The notes under the pieces were generated by a model, which was not told where the DNA came from, made no database searches, and worked only from the letters and a program-made list of their open reading frames with translations. From an uncultured virus (IMG/VR IMGVR_UViG_3300036766_001722) (taxonomy: Duplodnaviria; Heunggongvirae; Uroviricota; Caudoviricetes): 40,952 nucleotides of DNA. Made by a program: the position numbers and the translations under genes. The stretch lies in the IMG/VR virus record IMGVR_UViG_3300036766_001722. The stretch is one strand, 5' to 3'. Below are positions 8,715-16,680 of the stretch, piece after piece (the first letter of the stretch is position 1; every line of letters starts with the position of its first letter).

Positions 8715-8959
8715 AGAAGATCTTCCAGACGGAGCTGGACAAGGTCGAGGCCGCCGCCGCACAGGCGTGGCAGTACGGCGCGACGCCGAGCGAGGTGGCC
8801 ACCGCTGCCAAGAAGGGCGTGAGGCATGCGATGGGCGGTGGCCTTTTCCGTTCGGCGCGCAAGTTGCGTCGCCATTCGACGGTCCGCGCCAACGGCTGGC
8901 GTCGTCGCCAGGCGGCGCAGACGCGTCGCCGCTCGCGTCGTCGTCGGAGCCGTCGATGA
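8711..8959 (+). CDS. small protein, RRSRR-tail array member 5
   Basis: ATGA overlap; the GGAG RBS lies inside the preceding tail codons; ends RRRSRRRRSRR. Confidence 0.75.
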   Translation: MKKIFQTELDKVEAAAAQAWQYGATPSEVATAAKKGVRHAMGGGLFRSARKLRRHSTVRANGWRRRQAAQTRRRSRRRRSRR

Positions 8960-9174
8960 TGAAGAAGAACTTCAGAGCCATCGCCGAGCACGCGAAGCGC
9001 CAAGAAGACCTCTACTACGACATCGTGAACGCGCTGAACCAGGCGTGGTTCTACGAGATGAAGCCAGGGCTCGTGTTCAAGGCCATCAGGGAAGGCACGA
9101 CCGGGCCCTTGGCGAGCGGCTACCGCGGGCTCAAGAAGCCGAAGCGTCGCAGCAAGAGAAGGAGCCGTCGGTAG
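8956..9174 (+). CDS. small protein, RRSRR-tail array member 6
   Basis: ATGA overlap; ends KRRSKRRSRR. Confidence 0.75.
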   Translation: MMKKNFRAIAEHAKRQEDLYYDIVNALNQAWFYEMKPGLVFKAIREGTTGPLASGYRGLKKPKRRSKRRSRR

Positions 9175-9226
9175 CAGCGCCCGACGTGCTAGAACGCCAC
9201 GACACGGTCTACTGAGGAGTCTCTCG

Positions 9227-9646
9227 ATGTCCTACCACCGCCACCACCAGTCCCTGCCGCCCGAGTACTTCGGTCACACCGTCACGCCGGTAGACGGGCT
9301 CGGCCTCACGTTTGCCGAGGCCGACGGGATCGCCGAGAGAGCCGGTCGTCGTCTCGGCGCGTGGCCGTACCGCGCGCGGGTGATTCCGGGGCGTGCAGGT
9401 TTCGGTCAGGCACCCTACTACCCGGTGGTCCAGCCGGCTCTTCGTGGGCTCGGCGGCAGCGGTCTCTTCCGCGCCGACATCTTCGGCAAGCAGACCGGCG
9501 CGCTCGGTGACGGGCTCTTTCGTGCGGACATTTTCGGTCGTCGCAATGACGGTCTCGGCAACTGGATCGCGCGCCTCTTCGGACGTGGCCGTCGTGGGCT
9601 CGGTGGTTCTGGTGACGGTCTCGGCAGCGTGCTCGCTGTCCTCTGA
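9227..9646 (+). CDS. Gly-rich protein with repeated GLG and GLFRADIFG motifs; putative virion protein
   Basis: GAGGAG RBS; MSYH start; multiple GLG motifs. Confidence 0.7.
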   Translation: MSYHRHHQSLPPEYFGHTVTPVDGLGLTFAEADGIAERAGRRLGAWPYRARVIPGRAGFGQAPYYPVVQPALRGLGGSGLFRADIFGKQTGALGDGLFRADIFGRRNDGLGNWIARLFGRGRRGLGGSGDGLGSVLAVL

Positions 9647-9660
9647 GGGAGCCCGAATAG

Positions 9661-10221
9661 ATGCCGCCGCGTCGCCGTCTTGATGGCCTCGACATCCTCG
9701 ACGACGTCGTCGACAACGCCATCGGTTCGCTCTTCGATAGAGGCGCGGAGTTCGTTCAGCGTGTCCGAGATCAACAGCCTCGCCCGCTTCCGGGCGTGCT
9801 CTACGTCTGTATCCTCTGCAAACAGCAGAAGCCGTGCGAGATGGCGAAGGCCAATGCGAAGCCGGGGGACGAGGGCTACGGTTTCGGGTACTGCAAGGAG
9901 TGCCTCGACTTCTCGTGGCAGGCGGCTCAGGAGAAGATGGCGTACCTCGCGAGGCAGCAGGCGCGCGCCCGAGCAGGGGGAGGTGTTCCTCCGGGTCCTA
10001 CGCCGCCTCCGCGTCGTCCACCGTGGGACGTCCTGGAGATCTCAGCGGACGCATCCGAAGAAGAGATCAAGAAGGCCTACCGCCGCGTCGCTGCACTCTG
10101 GCATCCGGACCGAGTTCCGGCCGGGTCTCCGGACGGCGAGAAGGAACGCTATCGGGCGAAGTTCGAAGAGGCAACGAGCGCTCGCGATGCGATGCTCGCG
10201 GTGAGACAGGTGCGCACGTGA
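9661..10221 (+). CDS. J-domain (DnaJ-like) protein with N-terminal CxxC/CxxC zinc motif
   Basis: PWDVLEISADASEEEIKKAYRRVAALWHPDR with the HPD motif; CILC and CKEC. Confidence 0.85.
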   Translation: MPPRRRLDGLDILDDVVDNAIGSLFDRGAEFVQRVRDQQPRPLPGVLYVCILCKQQKPCEMAKANAKPGDEGYGFGYCKECLDFSWQAAQEKMAYLARQQARARAGGGVPPGPTPPPRRPPWDVLEISADASEEEIKKAYRRVAALWHPDRVPAGSPDGEKERYRAKFEEATSARDAMLAVRQVRT

Positions 10222-10391
10222 ACGAGATGATCGTCACGCGTCGCTGTCCGCGCTGCCTGCTCCCGGTGTGGGTCGGGCTGCACGAGTGCGGTGAGCCGCT
10301 CGAGGCGGAACTGATGGACGAGGTGCCGATTCGGCGGCGGAGTGAGAAGCTGCGACCGGAGTCGCAACCGGTCGCCGAGGCGGCGCCGTGA
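10218..10391 (+). CDS. small zinc-ribbon-like hypothetical protein
   Basis: Coupled on both sides; CPRC...HEC. Confidence 0.5.
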   Translation: MNEMIVTRRCPRCLLPVWVGLHECGEPLEAELMDEVPIRRRSEKLRPESQPVAEAAP

Positions 10392-10807
10392 CCGCGGGAG
10401 CCGACTTCGTTCACGACGTTGCGCTGGCGATGCAGCATCGCGTTGCCGTGCCGCGGGGGATGGTGCCGGACTTCGCGAGCTTCAAGCGGCGCGTGTGGGG
10501 CTACGAAGACGAGCAGGGGTTCTCGCCGATCGGCGCGCCGCCGAAAATGTTCGCGGCATTCGTGGTGAGCGAGGACACGCTGCTTCGGGAGCATGCGCTG
10601 TCGCTGCGTCGGCTCGACCCTGAGAAGATCGACGTCATCGATCACGGCGCCGAGTACGAGGTCGCGTTCCACGATCTCGACGCGCTCCATCGCATCCTCT
10701 TGTCGCTCGCAGAGCAAGGCCGAAACGATCGCGACGAGGACACCCGCGCGTACGCCCGCGCCACCGCTGAGAGGTTTCTGTGGCTACTCGGCTACCGCTG
10801 GGCGTGA
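10388..10807 (+). CDS. hypothetical protein
   Basis: Coupled ORF with typical codon usage. Confidence 0.6.
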   Translation: MTAGADFVHDVALAMQHRVAVPRGMVPDFASFKRRVWGYEDEQGFSPIGAPPKMFAAFVVSEDTLLREHALSLRRLDPEKIDVIDHGAEYEVAFHDLDALHRILLSLAEQGRNDRDEDTRAYARATAERFLWLLGYRWA

Positions 10808-10853
10808 CCGCGGTAGGTAGGGGGCCAGACTGACCCCCCTGCGGTCGTTCCGC

Positions 10854-11627
10854 TTGCAGTGCAGTGCATGCGGCGCTCGAGACGTCGATTCAGCAGACGG
10901 AGACTGGTGGACAGTGGATACGCGTGATCGTCAACGGCGTTCGCTGGCAGGCGGGGACTCGGCACCGGCGTTGAGTTGGTTCCCCGTGCTCGCACCGCCC
11001 GGATGGAGGGCGACGGAGCGCGCCGTGAAGTCCGACGGAACACGTTGTCTGAACGACGCTGGCAACACGTACCAGCAGGCTGGCGCGTCGTACCCGGCAG
11101 AACGTCCGATCCTCTACGACTCCTTCAACGACACGCGTCACGGCGTGCCGCATCAGGCGATGGACATCATGGCCGCGCGAGGCGCGCCGGTCGTCGCTCC
11201 GCTCGACGGCGTAGTGCCAGTCACCGTGACGTACAAGGGAGCGACCTATCCTGGCCAGGGTCAGTCGGCGAAGGGCGGCAACTACGTCTACATCGACGGC
11301 GCTGACGGCTGGCAGCACTACTTCGCGCACATGCGCAACGTGCGCGTGAAGCCTGGCCAGAAGGTCGTCGCCGGGCAGCAGCTTGGCGAGGTCTCCGACA
11401 CGGGCGACGCCATGGGCGGGTGCACGCATCTGCACTACGCCACCGAGCTGCCCGACGGGACGAAGTTCAATCAGTATCAGCTCCTCAAGCAGCTCTACGA
11501 CGCCGGTCTCTGGCAGGGGAGCCCTGTGGCGACGCTCCCGTCGTGGGTCTGGCCGACGGTGGCAACCGTGACAGTGGGTGGTGTCGCGATCGCTGGGATG
11601 TGGTGGTGGCGGCGGCGGAAGCGGTAG
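10854..11627 (+). CDS. M23-family peptidoglycan endopeptidase with C-terminal TM anchor (start uncertain)
   Basis: HQAMD, GGNYV, YFAHM and HLHY motifs; C-terminal TM followed by RRRKR. Confidence 0.9.
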   Translation: MQCSACGARDVDSADGDWWTVDTRDRQRRSLAGGDSAPALSWFPVLAPPGWRATERAVKSDGTRCLNDAGNTYQQAGASYPAERPILYDSFNDTRHGVPHQAMDIMAARGAPVVAPLDGVVPVTVTYKGATYPGQGQSAKGGNYVYIDGADGWQHYFAHMRNVRVKPGQKVVAGQQLGEVSDTGDAMGGCTHLHYATELPDGTKFNQYQLLKQLYDAGLWQGSPVATLPSWVWPTVATVTVGGVAIAGMWWWRRRKR

Positions 11628-11695
11628 CGGTAAAAGGACGATAAACGCGTGGGCGACGGTTGACGTCCTCTTGTTGCGGTGATAGACGTTGCCCG

Positions 11696-12745
11696 ATGGC
11701 TGACGATCAGGGCTACGGAAGCATTCATCCGCTGGCCGACTACGCGGAGCTTCTCGGGGCGGTGTTCGGCGACGGATACATCAAGCGCCGCGCGACACGC
11801 AGGCATGACTCATGGATCGTGTCGGTCTGCGTGAGCGTCCAGTATCCGGTGTGGGCTGCCCGAGTGCCGGAGCTGTTCGAGATCGTCTTCGGCCGGGTGT
11901 CGTCCACTCCAAGGAAGGGCCGCAAGACGCCGACCAAGGACTGCTACGTCACGACCTCGGACCTCTACGGGCTCCTTCGCGTGCGCGGCAAGTACGACGA
12001 GAAGGGACGCATGGCCCCGCCGTCATGGATTACGAGCGACGCGGAGTACACGCGTCGGTTCATGCTGGGTCTCGTGGAGACGGATGGCATGTTCAAAGCG
12101 ACATCGGACAAGAGGTACTCTGGTAACGAGTGGGCTCGTTTCGCTTTCACTCAGAAAAACGAATACCTGGTGAACTGGTTCGCTGATCGTCTTCGTGAAC
12201 ACGGATTCGAGCCAGCACTCTCCTATGGGGAACAGGCGGGTGTATGGAGTGTCCGCGTCAATCGTCAGGTAGACGTCCAGCGGCTTGGCGAATGGCTAGG
12301 CTCCTGTAAGTGGAAGGCGCTCCTCGAGTCGGGGTACGAACCGCACGCTGGGCGTCGCGCGGCCGGGGTGAGCGAAGCGAAGATCTTGAAAACCGTTCCC
12401 ATGGCAGACCAAGAGCGGTGGCGTGCTCTTCGTCAGGCTGGGGCGTCGGTGGTTGCGATCGCGCGTGACACGGGTCGGGCGAACAATGTCGTTCACGACG
12501 TGATTCGGGACATCGTTCCGACGAAGAATGCTAGCGCTCAGGAGCTTGGGCTTACGGTGCGACCGCGGTTCCCGATGGAAAGGCGCGTGCCTCGCGCTGA
12601 GGTGGAGCAGTGGCGCAAGGAGGTGGAGGCTGGCGAGTCCGCGCGGCAGGTGGCGATCAAGTACGGACGTCCCTGGTGGACGGTCACCGAGGCCACGTGC
12701 GACTTGAAGCGTCCGCGCAACATGGGGCCGCCTCGTGGTGACTGA
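11696..12745 (+). CDS. free-standing double-motif LAGLIDADG homing endonuclease-like protein with C-terminal HTH-like repeats
   Basis: YAELLGAVFGDG and FMLGLVETDG motifs; C-terminal GASVVAIARDTG and GESARQVAIKYG. Confidence 0.8.
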   Translation: MADDQGYGSIHPLADYAELLGAVFGDGYIKRRATRRHDSWIVSVCVSVQYPVWAARVPELFEIVFGRVSSTPRKGRKTPTKDCYVTTSDLYGLLRVRGKYDEKGRMAPPSWITSDAEYTRRFMLGLVETDGMFKATSDKRYSGNEWARFAFTQKNEYLVNWFADRLREHGFEPALSYGEQAGVWSVRVNRQVDVQRLGEWLGSCKWKALLESGYEPHAGRRAAGVSEAKILKTVPMADQERWRALRQAGASVVAIARDTGRANNVVHDVIRDIVPTKNASAQELGLTVRPRFPMERRVPRAEVEQWRKEVEAGESARQVAIKYGRPWWTVTEATCDLKRPRNMGPPRGD

Positions 12746-13856
12746 CCCGAAAGACATCGTCCGGGATGGAGAGATCGCAATCGGGCCGGAGCTGTGGGCA
12801 GTGCTGCGGCAGGATGTGGATAGAACGATGGCGCTGATAGGGTCAGCCATAGACGATCTTCGCGTCCCTTACCCCATCAAGATGCCTTCGGAGGCCGAGT
12901 CCGTGGTGGACTTCCGCCGCCTTCGTGAGCGCCGAGCGGCACCGCTGCGCCACGGGAAGTGGTTCAGCCCGTTTGGGTACAGAGCGTCGCTGTCCGATGA
13001 ATTTGTAGACATCGACCTCGCTGGCATGAAGGCGTCCGACCTCTTCCACTCGCAGGCACGCCACGCGTGCAACGTCCGCGGTTACCCGTCGCCGCTGCGT
13101 ACGTGGGCAAATCCGCGGCTGCGGCACGGACTGCTGAAGGCGCTGTGGACGCTGAACTACAAAAAGGTCACGTCGAGCGAGCTTCGGCGCGCGATGAGTA
13201 TGCGTAAAGCGATCGCTGCGCAGTTTCGTCCGGCGGCGGCGAGAGACTTCTTCGCTCGATACAAGGCGCGCCGGGTCTTGGATTTCTGTGCAGGCTGGGG
13301 AGATCGGCTCGTCGCGGCGCTCGCGGACGAAAGGGTCGAGGCGTACATGGGCATCGACCCGAACACGGCGCTCCATCAAGGATACAGGCGTCAAGTCGAG
13401 ATGTTTGCTCCGCTTCGTTCGACTCCTATCGACGTCACCATGGTCTGCTCTCCGGCGGAAGAGATGATGCTGCCACAGGCGACGTACGACATGGTTTTCA
13501 CCAGCCCGCCGTACTTCGACAAGGAGAGGTACACGGACGAGGATACGCAGTCATGGGTGCGACACCGAACGGTGAGCGAGTGGTTGCGGGGGTTTTTGTT
13601 TGAGTCGGTGACGCGGGCGTGGGCTGCACTGAGTCCCGGCGGACACATGGCGATCAACATCGCGGACATTCTTTCCAGGCGCCGCCTTCCCAGTGGCGTT
13701 CGCGACGTTGACCGGTTGTGCGACCCGCTTTGTGAGTTCGTGGCGACTCTGCCCGGATCGGGTCTGGTCGAGGTGATCGGACTCCGCGTCCCTGGACGTC
13801 CGCAGGTAGCCCATGTCGTGCGATGTGAGCCGGTGTGGGTGTGGCGAAAAAGTTAG
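12735..13856 (+). CDS. amino-DNA methyltransferase (SPPY, N4-C/N6-A type)
   Basis: QFRP, VLDFCAGWGDRL (SAM binding), GIDPN, FTSPPYF. Confidence 0.9.
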   Translation: MVTDPKDIVRDGEIAIGPELWAVLRQDVDRTMALIGSAIDDLRVPYPIKMPSEAESVVDFRRLRERRAAPLRHGKWFSPFGYRASLSDEFVDIDLAGMKASDLFHSQARHACNVRGYPSPLRTWANPRLRHGLLKALWTLNYKKVTSSELRRAMSMRKAIAAQFRPAAARDFFARYKARRVLDFCAGWGDRLVAALADERVEAYMGIDPNTALHQGYRRQVEMFAPLRSTPIDVTMVCSPAEEMMLPQATYDMVFTSPPYFDKERYTDEDTQSWVRHRTVSEWLRGFLFESVTRAWAALSPGGHMAINIADILSRRRLPSGVRDVDRLCDPLCEFVATLPGSGLVEVIGLRVPGRPQVAHVVRCEPVWVWRKS

Positions 13857-13889
13857 CAGCGGGTGACGATCAAATCGACGCACGAGCAC

Positions 13890-13929
13890 TTGACGATCCC
13901 CCTGGCCGTGTATAACCTGTCGGACAGGT
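13890..13929 (+). promoter_or_regulatory. promoter with a perfect palindromic operator ACCTGTCGGACAGGT over the -10/start region
   Basis: TTGACG at 13890; 15-bp palindrome at 13915-13929. Confidence 0.65.
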
Positions 13930-13933
13930 ACTC

Positions 13934-14467
13934 ATGACGACGCGCTCCATACTCTGTCTCGTCATCGTTCTGGGCGGCTGTGCTGCGGCTTCGCAGGATC
14001 CCATCAACGACTACGGCATGCACATTGCCCGGCATGAGGCTGCCACCGTCGGCCAGATCACGGTCGACTTCGACTGGCAGGACTTCGGCGATGCCGGCGG
14101 CATTCATGCCGAAAAGGCCGCGCAGATCTTCAACGCAGCGTTCGTGGCGTGGACGGCGCGCTTCGGGAGTGCCCCGGCCAATCTCGACCATGTCCACGTG
14201 GTCCTCGTAAACGAGAACGGGGATGACTGGGTTCGCGTCTGTGACTCACGCGAGTTCGACGGCTGCTCCAAGGGCTACGTGGTCGGCGCAGACTGGACTA
14301 TCTTCATTCGTTCTGACCAGATGAACGACTCGGGGCTCTTTCTGCACGAGATTCTCCACGGACTTTTGTACTACGCGAATGGAGACGGCGACGTAGGCCA
14401 TGCGACGCCGGGCGTTTGGGAAACGGACGAGAACTCGGTGTTCTGGGACGCGTACAATGCGCTTTGA
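13934..14467 (+). CDS. lipoprotein with HExxH zinc-metallopeptidase motif
   Basis: Lipobox LGGC; LFLHEILHGL. Confidence 0.7.
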   Translation: MTTRSILCLVIVLGGCAAASQDPINDYGMHIARHEAATVGQITVDFDWQDFGDAGGIHAEKAAQIFNAAFVAWTARFGSAPANLDHVHVVLVNENGDDWVRVCDSREFDGCSKGYVVGADWTIFIRSDQMNDSGLFLHEILHGLLYYANGDGDVGHATPGVWETDENSVFWDAYNAL

Positions 14468-15137
14468 CAAGCTCTTCTTTGTCGTCACGGTTCTGATGGC
14501 ACTGACGGGCTGTTCAGCCGAACGCAGCGGCCTGGCTGGCGTCCTGTACGCCGCGGACGGCAGCACGCTGCCGGACGGGCAGGCCTGCCCGTCCGAGGGC
14601 TGCGTGGAGGTCGATGGTGGTACGCCGGATGTGGACGCCGGCCTTGGCGTGGACGCAGGGCCGCTGGTGGATACGGGTATGCTTGGCGAGGACGCCGGGA
14701 TGATCGTCATGGATGCGGGGACGGGCGCGGGGCTGCCCGATGCCGGTCCGGTCACTGTCACGTTCCCGCTGAGGCCCCCGGACACTGCTTCGGCGACGAT
14801 TAGCGGTGGCCACTACTATTACTATACGTACGGGGACTACGTGAGGGGCTCTCGCACCACGTCGCTCCCGCAGACGTCTGGGGCGACTGTCTCGCTTGGC
14901 ATCGTGTACAACGGCCTCGGCGACGCGTGCGACTTTCGAATGCTGATCAACGGCATCCAGGTTGGCACGTTCCGCGTCTCGCCCGGCGCGTCGACGGTCT
15001 CGGCGTCGTTCTCGTTCGCGACGATCACCGGTCCGACGTACACGCTCGAATACGAAGTCACGCGTACTGTTCGTCTGGGTTCTGGATCGATCCAGCTCAA
15101 CATGGACGGTGGCAGCACCGTGACGCTGACGCCTTGA
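14457..15137 (+). CDS. lipoprotein with DAG/DGG low-complexity linker and beta-sandwich C-terminus
   Basis: Lipobox LTGC; repeated DAG motifs. Confidence 0.7.
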   Translation: MRFDKLFFVVTVLMALTGCSAERSGLAGVLYAADGSTLPDGQACPSEGCVEVDGGTPDVDAGLGVDAGPLVDTGMLGEDAGMIVMDAGTGAGLPDAGPVTVTFPLRPPDTASATISGGHYYYYTYGDYVRGSRTTSLPQTSGATVSLGIVYNGLGDACDFRMLINGIQVGTFRVSPGASTVSASFSFATITGPTYTLEYEVTRTVRLGSGSIQLNMDGGSTVTLTP

Positions 15138-15149
15138 GACCGACCCTCT

Positions 15150-15983
15150 TTAGTACACGAACACGGCCACCACCGCGACGTTCTCGATGCTCGGCGGTTG
15201 GTTCTGCTGTGTCAGGCCGCTCGCCGGAGGAGTCGTGGTGACGTACGTGAGCGGAGCGTCCGGGTACACCAGCGAGGCGTCGACGTAGCTGTCGGGGTTC
15301 ACGCCGTCGAGCACGGGAAGCGTGAGCGTGTCCTTCACGCCCTGGAAGAAGGCTTCGACGGTAGCCGTGGGCAGGCCTCCCGGAGAGACCGACGCTCGCG
15401 TCGTCAGGCCGTTGATGTGGATGCTGTCGCCGCCGACGAGGAGGGCCTGGCCAACCGTGAACCGGTTGGCCGTTGCGGGGGGCGCGTAGTAGATGCCCTG
15501 CGCCGCGGTGTTCTGATCGGCGATGTTGGCGAGGCTGCCAGCGACAGGGATGTACAGCTTGCCGACCGTTTCAAGGCCGTCGTCGTAGATGTCGACGAGG
15601 AAGGGCCACGCGCAGCCAGGTGTGATCGGGCCGCCGTCGAGCGTGACGGTGCTGCTGTCCGTGAGTACGTAGGTGACGTTGAGGTGGCCACCAGCGGTTA
15701 CCTCAATGAGCCAGCCCGCGCCTAGCTGGTTCGTGGTCCGGGCAGCAATCGCTGCTCCGCCGGAGAAACCGGTCGGTACGAGGACACATCCGCCGATGGC
15801 GAAGCCCGGGGTTGCGCTCCCGAGAAACCACGTGTCCCCCGCGATGCCCGTTGACCGGTAGAAGCTCTTGGTCGGCTCGGCTGCGCTCACGAAGTTCGTG
15901 AAGAAGTCCATGTCGATCAGCGACAGGCGTCGTCCCTGACTGCCTCGTCCTCGTGACGTCTTCCACAGCGTTCTCATCGTCAT
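15150..15983 (-). CDS. beta-rich putative virion/lectin-like protein
   Basis: G/T/A/V-rich; LamG-like pattern (weak). Confidence 0.55.
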   Translation of the reverse strand: MTMRTLWKTSRGRGSQGRRLSLIDMDFFTNFVSAAEPTKSFYRSTGIAGDTWFLGSATPGFAIGGCVLVPTGFSGGAAIAARTTNQLGAGWLIEVTAGGHLNVTYVLTDSSTVTLDGGPITPGCAWPFLVDIYDDGLETVGKLYIPVAGSLANIADQNTAAQGIYYAPPATANRFTVGQALLVGGDSIHINGLTTRASVSPGGLPTATVEAFFQGVKDTLTLPVLDGVNPDSYVDASLVYPDAPLTYVTTTPPASGLTQQNQPPSIENVAVVAVFVY

Positions 15984-16032
15984 GGCCCGAGCCTACCACA
16001 CGTGTCCGATGATGATCAGGACTGCCCATCCC

Positions 16033-16061
16033 TAGACAGCGTGTCGGCTGGCCGCTACCAT
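16033..16061 (+). promoter_or_regulatory. degenerate copy of the operator-bearing promoter
   Basis: TAGACA-N3-TGTCGGCTG-N5-TACCAT, 6 nt before the ATG at 16068. Confidence 0.5.
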
Positions 16062-16067
16062 CGGCGC

Positions 16068-16595
16068 ATGGCCAAGAGCAACGATCCCCTCGTGGAAGGC
16101 ATGGCATCCACTCTCTGGGGCAGCGCATGGGCGAACCACGCAGAAGAGCACCGCTGCGCGAGTCTTAGCGGGGTGGAGATCACCGAGATCATGCCGGAGA
16201 TCCCGCCGGAGGCCTACGCGATCGCGAAGGGCTTCATCAAGGACATCGAGAAGGAGAACGGCAAGTCGATCCACGCGCTACTCGAGGACGCCGCCGCCGC
16301 TGATGGCGTGAAGATTCATGACGCGCGAGGAATGGCAACGTCCGCGTACGACCGCTATGCCTACGCGTTCGGCAGCGACCTCGCGTTCATGGTGACGGGC
16401 GCGGGCGTCTCGTGGTTCGACGACCACGAGGAGTTTCCACTCGAGGTGCCGTATCACGAGGAGAGTGAGCTGCAGATCCTCGCCGACGAGCAGTGCGAGG
16501 ACGAGGGTCGCCCGCAGGCAGGGTGCGGGCACTACTGCGACCCGAGCAAGAAGAAGTGCCCGGAGTGCGGGTCGGCTACCGGCTTCGGAGGCTGA
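16068..16595 (+). CDS. acidic hypothetical phage protein with C-terminal zinc ribbon
   Basis: Acidic composition; CGHYC...CPEC. Confidence 0.65.
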   Translation: MAKSNDPLVEGMASTLWGSAWANHAEEHRCASLSGVEITEIMPEIPPEAYAIAKGFIKDIEKENGKSIHALLEDAAAADGVKIHDARGMATSAYDRYAYAFGSDLAFMVTGAGVSWFDDHEEFPLEVPYHEESELQILADEQCEDEGRPQAGCGHYCDPSKKKCPECGSATGFGG

Positions 16596-16680
16596 CCGTG
16601 GACGGCGGCGGGCACAGCGTGTACCATCCGCGTGTGATCCGTCGGACGGTGGGGCCGACACGGCGGATCGCCACGACACC

